Shown here in pieces: positions 16,313-20,631 of a DNA stretch of 20,631 nt; the stretch's first letter is position 1; the number at the start of each line of letters is the position of its first letter. Source of the DNA: Candidatus Iainarchaeum sp. (GTDB lineage Archaea > Iainarchaeota > Iainarchaeia > Iainarchaeales > 0-14-0-20-30-16). The notes under the pieces are model-generated. The model did not search any database, was not told the origin of the DNA, and saw nothing but the letters and a program-made list of their open reading frames with translations. Location: the NCBI GenBank assembly GCA_903916665.1, contig CAIWXP010000046.1:1-20631 (forward strand). The letters run 5' to 3'. The translations under genes and the position numbers were made by a program.

Positions 16313-16408
16313 CCTTAAGTTTACTAAAGAAAGAAAATAATTTTTATCAAAAGTATATTATTGTACTACCTCGTGTAGTACCAAGCGTAAACCGATCGAA
16401 CGGTTTTT

Positions 16409-16491
16409 GCAGGGGTTCCAGAGTGGTCAAATGGGCGGGACTCAAAATCCCGTGGTTCAGGCCTTCGAGAGTTCGAGCCTCTCCCCCTGCA
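16409..16491 (+). tRNA. tRNA-Leu (anticodon CAA), class II with long variable arm
   Basis: Manual cloverleaf: acceptor GCAGGGG/CCCCTGC (perfect), anticodon arm CGGGA-CTCAAAA-TCCCG, 14-nt variable arm TGGTTCAGGCCTTC, T arm GAGAG-TTCGAGC-CTCTC, discriminator A. No CCA is encoded. Confidence 0.9.
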
Positions 16492-16516
16492 TTAATTTAA
16501 TTAATTTCAAAAACCA

Positions 16517-16669
16517 TTAATTTATTCTTTCTTCTAATCGTTTTACTTTTTCTCTTATTTCCATCAAAGCATCAAAAATATCTTGATGTGTTGGTTCATC
16601 TTCTGGTCTTGGAGATAATCTTTCTCTTCGCAAATTATTTTCAAATCTACAATCCTCTCTAAATGGCAT
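16517..16669 (-). CDS. Small hypothetical protein, 50 aa (below the track's length cutoff)
   Basis: Manual translation: MPFREDCRFENNLRRERLSPRPEDEPTHQDIFDALMEIREKVKRLEERIN, then TAA. An AGGAG SD-like site lies about 9 nt upstream of the ATG. The C-terminus is an amphipathic helix. The gene fills an otherwise empty 277-nt gap and is divergent from the ArsR-like gene. Confidence 0.4.
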   Translation of the reverse strand: MPFREDCRFENNLRRERLSPRPEDEPTHQDIFDALMEIREKVKRLEERIN

Positions 16670-16685
16670 AGTATCAACTCCTACA

Positions 16686-16751
16686 TTTCTAATTTTCTAT
16701 ATTATTCTAAAGGAATCAAACACTTTAAAAAGCTTTCTAGTTTTCTATATT
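16686..16751 (+). promoter_or_regulatory. Two 18-nt direct repeats TTTCTA[A/G]TTTTCTATATT (16686..16703 and 16734..16751), candidate TATA/operator elements
   Basis: The repeats are 17/18 identical with 48-nt spacing. Each contains two TTTCTA hexamers 8 nt apart and a TATA-like CTATATT. They lie between the 50-aa ORF and the ArsR-like gene. The second copy ends 17 nt before ATG 16769. Confidence 0.4.
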
Positions 16752-16768
16752 TATCGAAAGGTGAAACT

Positions 16769-17149
16769 ATGCAAGGTATGAATGCTTGGAAAGCATTATC
16801 AAGTAGTATAAGACAAGAAATTTTAATATTTTTAAAAGATGGAGAAAAATATTTAAGTGAGATTGCAGACCATTTAAATAAAACTCCCCAAACAATAGAT
16901 TTTCACATGTCTATGTTACAAGAATTAGGTATTGTAAAAAGTTTGGAAAGAGACGGAAAAAGATATTATATTTTAGTAGATCCGGAAATATTAAAATCAT
17001 TTGGACCTTTGGGACCTAGATTAGGTTTACACAGTCATAAACCACCACATGAGATTGTTTTAGATATTCAAGATGAATTAAATAGCCGCATGGATATTAT
17101 TGAAAAAAAATTAGATTTAATATTAAAGGAAATGAAGAATAAAAAATAA
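16769..17149 (+). CDS. ArsR/SmtB-family winged-HTH transcriptional regulator with C-terminal coiled-coil tail
   Basis: ALSSSIRQEILIFLKDGEKYLSEIADHLNKTPQTIDFHMSMLQELGIVKSLERDGKRYYIL is a typical ArsR-type HTH plus wing. A GGTGA SD lies 4 nt upstream of the ATG. Confidence 0.8.
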   Translation: MQGMNAWKALSSSIRQEILIFLKDGEKYLSEIADHLNKTPQTIDFHMSMLQELGIVKSLERDGKRYYILVDPEILKSFGPLGPRLGLHSHKPPHEIVLDIQDELNSRMDIIEKKLDLILKEMKNKK

Positions 17150-17860
17150 TTATTTTCCACCCAGGAAAACTTTACCTAATCTTTTATCTTTTAGTAAATC
17201 TTTACTTTTACCAAATAACCTTACTTGACCAGATTCCATAACAACAGTTTTATCGGTGTATTCCATTGCTTTTTTTGCCTGTTGTTCAACCATTAAAACT
17301 AATGTTCCTTTTCTCGATATTTCTTTTATTTTTGCAAATAATTCTTGCGTTAATTTGGGGCTCAAACCTAAAGATGGTTCATCTAATAATAATAATTTTG
17401 GCTGTAACATTAATGCTCGTCCTATTGCTAACATTTGTTGTTGCCCTCCTGAAAGCGCAAATGCTAATTTATGCCTAAATTTATGTAATTCTGGAAAGAA
17501 GTCATAAACTGTTTGTAGATTTTCTTGAATTGTCTTTTTATCTTTTATGTGATAATTTCCCAATAATAAATTTTGTTCAATGTTTAAATCTGAAAAATTT
17601 ATTCGTCCTTGTGGAACATAGGCAATACCTTGTAAAATTAATTCATGAACTTTTAATTCTACTAATTCTTTTCCAAAAAAAGTTATTTTTGAACCTTGAT
17701 AAACTTTTGCGATATTAAATATAGATTTCAATATTGTTGTTTTTCCAGAACCGTTGGGTCCCACAACAGAAATAAATTCACTATTTTTAAATTCAAGATT
17801 TACATCCTTTAATACATGTAATTCTTCATAGCCCGAATTTAAATTTTTTATAAATAACAT
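17150..17860 (-). CDS. livF: Branched-chain amino acid (HAAT family) ABC transporter ATP-binding protein, LivF type
   Basis: Walker A GPNGSGKTT, YVPQGR, LSGGQQQMLAIGRALMLQPKLLLLDEPSLGLSP, VEQQ, C-terminal ..VFLGG. The length (236 aa) and motif spacing match LivF. Confidence 0.85.
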   Translation of the reverse strand: MLFIKNLNSGYEELHVLKDVNLEFKNSEFISVVGPNGSGKTTILKSIFNIAKVYQGSKITFFGKELVELKVHELILQGIAYVPQGRINFSDLNIEQNLLLGNYHIKDKKTIQENLQTVYDFFPELHKFRHKLAFALSGGQQQMLAIGRALMLQPKLLLLDEPSLGLSPKLTQELFAKIKEISRKGTLVLMVEQQAKKAMEYTDKTVVMESGQVRLFGKSKDLLKDKRLGKVFLGGK

Positions 17861-17873
17861 ATTAATTCCTTTA

Positions 17874-18488
17874 CTATTTTCCTTTATTTACCTGTGCTCT
17901 TAATTTATCAGCTTCTCTTCTAATATCTCTCCATTGTTTAACAAATGACTTCACACCATCAGATAATTTACCCCAGTTTTGTGTCATTGCATCATCTATG
18001 GCTTGTTCTGTAGCAGTTCTAGATAATAAACTCCAAATAGCACTTGAAAATTTATCTTTAGGATGTTCTAAAAACACTCTTAATAAAAAATCAAAACTAC
18101 TTGGGCCATATTCTGTCAATGATTGAAAACATCTTTCTCTAACTACAGGATGTTCATCGTTCCAACCTATTTCGCTCAATGTTTTTTTTGCAATTTCTGA
18201 TTTTGCTTTTCCCAATGCACTTGCACAATAGGATCTTACAACAAATGATTCTTTAGGATTTTTTAAAATTCTAATCACAACTGGTATTGCCCCCACATCT
18301 CCATAAATGAATATTTGTTTTAATAAAATTATTCTATCAGATTCTTTTCTTGCTTTAACTAATTCTTTACCCAAAGGAGAAATATCTATTCTTGTTTCAT
18401 CTGTAACTGATCTTTTAGAAGGTACTCTATCTGATTTTCTTACACCTGGTTTTTTTAATGGTTTTAATGTTGATCTTTTAGCAGCCAT
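17874..18488 (-). CDS. HEAT-repeat (PBS-lyase-type) protein with a basic, probably disordered N-terminus
   Basis: HEAT-like repeats: PVVIRILKNPKESFVVRSYCASALGKA and DEHPVVRERCFQSLTEY. The N-terminus MAAKRSTLKPLKKPGVRKSDRVPSKRS is strongly basic. I prefer ATG 18488 (GGGTGA SD 5 nt upstream) to the track's GTG 18497. Confidence 0.65.
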   Translation of the reverse strand: MAAKRSTLKPLKKPGVRKSDRVPSKRSVTDETRIDISPLGKELVKARKESDRIILLKQIFIYGDVGAIPVVIRILKNPKESFVVRSYCASALGKAKSEIAKKTLSEIGWNDEHPVVRERCFQSLTEYGPSSFDFLLRVFLEHPKDKFSSAIWSLLSRTATEQAIDDAMTQNWGKLSDGVKSFVKQWRDIRREADKLRAQVNKGK

Positions 18489-18493
18489 AAATA

Positions 18494-19549
18494 TCACCCT
18501 AATTTCACAAATTTACCATTTATAATTTCTTTTATTACTATTGGTTTCAAAGCGTCACCATTGGGATCTATTGTTATATTTCCTGATGCTCCGTTGTAAT
18601 CTTTTATTTTATATAGTTCGTCTTTAATACAATAGGAATTTCCATCTTTGCAGGTATTTGAAATTATATTTCCCAATATTTTTATATTGTCATAGCCTTG
18701 TGCAGAATACATACTAGGATTTTTACTATATTTTGCAGTATATTTTGCCCAAAATTCTGGTGCAGTATTTTGATCGAAATCCGTTCCAGAAAAAATGTTT
18801 CCTTCTAATAAGCTTCCTAAAATCTTTTGAAAATCTGAATCTACCGTAGTAATATCTTCTGTAACTATTCTTGCATTAATATCTTCTGCTCTTAATTCTT
18901 TTATTATTTCTGCAGATTGTGGCATATGTGATCCCACAAAAATTAATTGAACATTTTCATCTTTTATTTTATCAACTATTGTTTTAAAATCCATATCATT
19001 TAAACTAAATGGGTTTCTTGATAAAACAATTTTATTTGCATCTTCAAAAACTTTTACCAGTGTTTTTTCACACAAAACCCAGGTTTCATTTGAGTTGTCA
19101 TAAATTGTTGAAATATTATTATAATCTTTAATTAAATATTTTCCTAGCTCTTCAACTTTTTGTGTTGCCAATGCATGATTTCTAAATATAAAATCTCCTG
19201 CAGTAGTTATTTTAGGATCTCCTGAACCCGGATTAAATATAATTACTTTATCATGTTCTGCCAAAGGTGCAATTGCCAAAGTACTAGAAGAATACACAGC
19301 ACCAATTATTGTTTTAACGCCATCCATATCAACTAATTTTCTATAGGCAACAACCGCTTTTGCTTGATCATAACCATCATCTTCAAAAATAACTTGAATG
19401 ATATTTTTATCTTTATTTACTTCATCCAAACCTAAATAAACACCCTGTCTAACGTCATCACCAATACTTACTGCTTTACCAGTTGCTTGTACTATCAAAC
19501 CAACTTTAACGACATTATTATCCTGTTTTACGCAACCACTAAAAATCAT
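18494..19549 (-). CDS. Periplasmic-binding-protein type I substrate-binding protein, LivK/LivJ-like. The true N-terminus is probably upstream of the annotated ATG.
   Basis: VVKVGLIVQATGKAVSIGDDVRQGVYLGLDEVN...DDGYDQAKAVVAYRKLVDMDGVKTIIGAVYSSSTLAIAPLAE is typical of Leu/Ile/Val-binding family proteins. The annotated protein starts MIFSGC, which is only the lipobox. The in-frame upstream codons supply the missing hydrophobic signal segment. Confidence 0.8.
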   Translation of the reverse strand: MIFSGCVKQDNNVVKVGLIVQATGKAVSIGDDVRQGVYLGLDEVNKDKNIIQVIFEDDGYDQAKAVVAYRKLVDMDGVKTIIGAVYSSSTLAIAPLAEHDKVIIFNPGSGDPKITTAGDFIFRNHALATQKVEELGKYLIKDYNNISTIYDNSNETWVLCEKTLVKVFEDANKIVLSRNPFSLNDMDFKTIVDKIKDENVQLIFVGSHMPQSAEIIKELRAEDINARIVTEDITTVDSDFQKILGSLLEGNIFSGTDFDQNTAPEFWAKYTAKYSKNPSMYSAQGYDNIKILGNIISNTCKDGNSYCIKDELYKIKDYNGASGNITIDPNGDALKPIVIKEIINGKFVKLG

Positions 19550-19596
19550 TGTAATTGCTAAAATTAATATTAATACAATACCAATATATTTCGTAA

Positions 19597-20631
19597 CTAA
19601 TCCCTCACAATATTTACTATACCTTGGGTTGCATCTACTTCAACCATCATTCCATTAGTTAATTTTTTAGTTGCATCTAGTGTTCCTACAATACACGGTT
19701 TGTTTAATTCTCTTGCAATTATTGCAGCATGAGTTAATATTCCACCTTGATCTGTTACTATTGCAGCTGCTTTTTGCATTAAAGGAACATAATCAGGAGA
19801 AGTCATTTCACAAACTAAAATATCACCATTATTAAATTCAACAGTATTAATATCTTCAACCGTTACAATAACAACTTTACCTTTTACTTTTCCCATACAA
19901 CCTGTTTGACCAGATATCTTATTATTTTCTTTTTTATGAACATTAACTAAATAATTTTCAAATAGGCTTTCCAATGCTCTACTATAATCAACAAACCAAA
20001 CACCATATTCTTTTGTGCTGGTTGTTTCAAAATAACCTTTAATATAATTATTTACAAAAGTAGTGTGTAATTTGTTTTCTAATTGTTTTCTTTTTGCTTC
20101 ATTATCTACTTTAATTGAATTTGTTAATTCTTTTAAATGATTTAATGCGTCTTTATTTTCATCACTTAAATTCCATGCTTTAAAATCATAGCTAAATGTT
20201 ATTGGCATTCCTTCATCATAGTATCCTTGAGTTACTTGTGCATGAACCCCGCTTTGTATTACCCCAAATATTCCCTTTGCATTAATAACAAATATTGTTG
20301 ACCATTCATAGTTATCTGCATGAGGTACAAATTGTGCTCTGTAATCTTTTGGATTTATTTTTTGTTCTTTAAACCAATTCATTGCGTCTTTTTTTGTGTG
20401 CCCTCTCATTCTTAATTTTGGTAATTCTGGGTTTATAGGAATTAATCTTAATGCACACAATTCATTTCCATGTACTTCTAAATATTTTTTTAAGTTATCA
20501 GAATATTCTGCCAATTCTATTGCAGGAAATTCATCTGGTTTATCAAAACCAATTCCAATGATTTTACTAATTTCTGCTAATCTTTCTCTTTTATCATTAT
20601 CTTCTTCTCTTATTTCTTTAGTCTTAACATG
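19597..20631 (-). CDS. PEP-utilising enzyme mobile (phosphohistidine swivel) domain protein with an unrecognised N-terminal domain (partial; the frame stays open to the window end)
   Basis: The C-terminus GDILVCEMTSPDYVPLMQKAAAIVTDQGGILTHAAIIARELNKPCIVGT is the PpsA/PPDK swivel-domain signature with its catalytic His. The track start 20514 is a TTG. The same frame has no stop up to 20631 (HVKTKEIREEDNDKRERLAEISKIIGIGFDKPDEFPAIE...), so the real start may lie outside the window. Confidence 0.75.
   Translation of the reverse strand, partial: HVKTKEIREEDNDKRERLAEISKIIGIGFDKPDEFPAIELAEYSDNLKKYLEVHGNELCALRLIPINPELPKLRMRGHTKKDAMNWFKEQKINPKDYRAQFVPHADNYEWSTIFVINAKGIFGVIQSGVHAQVTQGYYDEGMPITFSYDFKAWNLSDENKDALNHLKELTNSIKVDNEAKRKQLENKLHTTFVNNYIKGYFETTSTKEYGVWFVDYSRALESLFENYLVNVHKKENNKISGQTGCMGKVKGKVVIVTVEDINTVEFNNGDILVCEMTSPDYVPLMQKAAAIVTDQGGILTHAAIIARELNKPCIVGTLDATKKLTNGMMVEVDATQGIVNIVRD

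Noticed and set aside
16222-16500. Plus-strand 92-aa track ORF
   Set aside because: It spans the 3' part of tRNA-Gly, the T9/A9 spacer and all of tRNA-Leu. It is an artefact of the GC-rich tRNA sequences being stop-free.
18489-18497. GTG 18497 as the start of the HEAT-repeat gene
   Set aside because: That GTG is part of the GGGTGA SD-like site, which also contains the upstream gene's TGA. ATG 18488 follows it with a 5-nt spacer.
6258-18525. Other short track ORFs antisense to well-supported genes (6258..6479, 7438..7638, 8592..8792, 8896..9084, 10338..10622, 10865..11104, 10971..11273, 11515..11700, 12136..12459, 14373..14603, 15873..16079, 17256..17507, 17266..17478, 17530..17718, 18307..18525)
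   Set aside because: Each is fully embedded, on the opposite strand, in a gene with clear family motifs (ABC ATPase, permease, Nudix, DP1, DP2, aminotransferase, LivF, HEAT). None has recognisable motifs.
1-20631. CRISPR arrays, transposases or integrases, prophage or defence-island content, and tRNA-associated integration scars
   Set aside because: I found no regularly spaced direct repeats, no recombinase or transposase-like ORFs, and no duplicated tRNA 3' segments (att-like) near the two tRNA genes. The gene content is housekeeping, envelope and transport.
1-20631. Alternative genetic code (stop-codon reassignment)
   Set aside because: TAA, TAG and TGA all terminate well-supported genes at family-typical C-termini. 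TGA ends the ABC ATPase, DP1 and the SBP. TAG ends the HEAT and PEP-swivel genes. No in-frame stops interrupt conserved domains.

Overview
The window is very AT-rich (roughly 70% A+T by eye) and tightly packed. It is archaeal: it carries an overlapping PolD DP1/DP2 operon, GGTGA-type ribosome-binding sites 4-7 nt before starts, TATA-type promoters, and tRNAs without encoded CCA. The style fits a reduced-genome, DPANN-like archaeon, but I cannot fix the lineage without database searches. All three stop codons are used normally.

Gene content from left to right:
- A minus-strand two-gene operon for giant secreted beta-sandwich surface proteins. One of them (1..2688) is missing from the supplied ORF track because it runs off the window.
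- Divergent from that operon, an uncharacterised ABC system: a COG4586-like ATPase plus two paralogous DUF990-like permeases.
- A wHTH-Nudix fusion with a degenerate Nudix box, sharing a palindromic TATA element with a second Nudix gene whose box carries an insertion.
- PolD DP1/DP2, with a C-terminal PIP box on DP2.
- A class I/II aminotransferase.
- tRNA-Gly(GCC) and tRNA-Leu(CAA), separated by a structured spacer.
- An unlisted 50-aa ORF, divergent from an ArsR-like regulator.
- A tightly coupled four-gene minus-strand operon: PEP-utilising swivel-domain protein, LivK-like binding protein, HEAT-repeat protein and LivF ATPase. It has no permease and no LivG.

I saw no CRISPR array, rRNA, transposase, integrase or recognisable defence genes.

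Best leads:
- the adhesin-like operon and the divergent ABC system next to it
- the wHTH-Nudix putative ligand-sensing regulator
- the permease-less SBP/HEAT/LivF/PEP-swivel operon
- at least two genes whose conserved N-termini lie upstream of any ATG/GTG/TTG, suggesting ATT or other non-canonical initiation

All family assignments come from motif recognition by eye. No searches were run.
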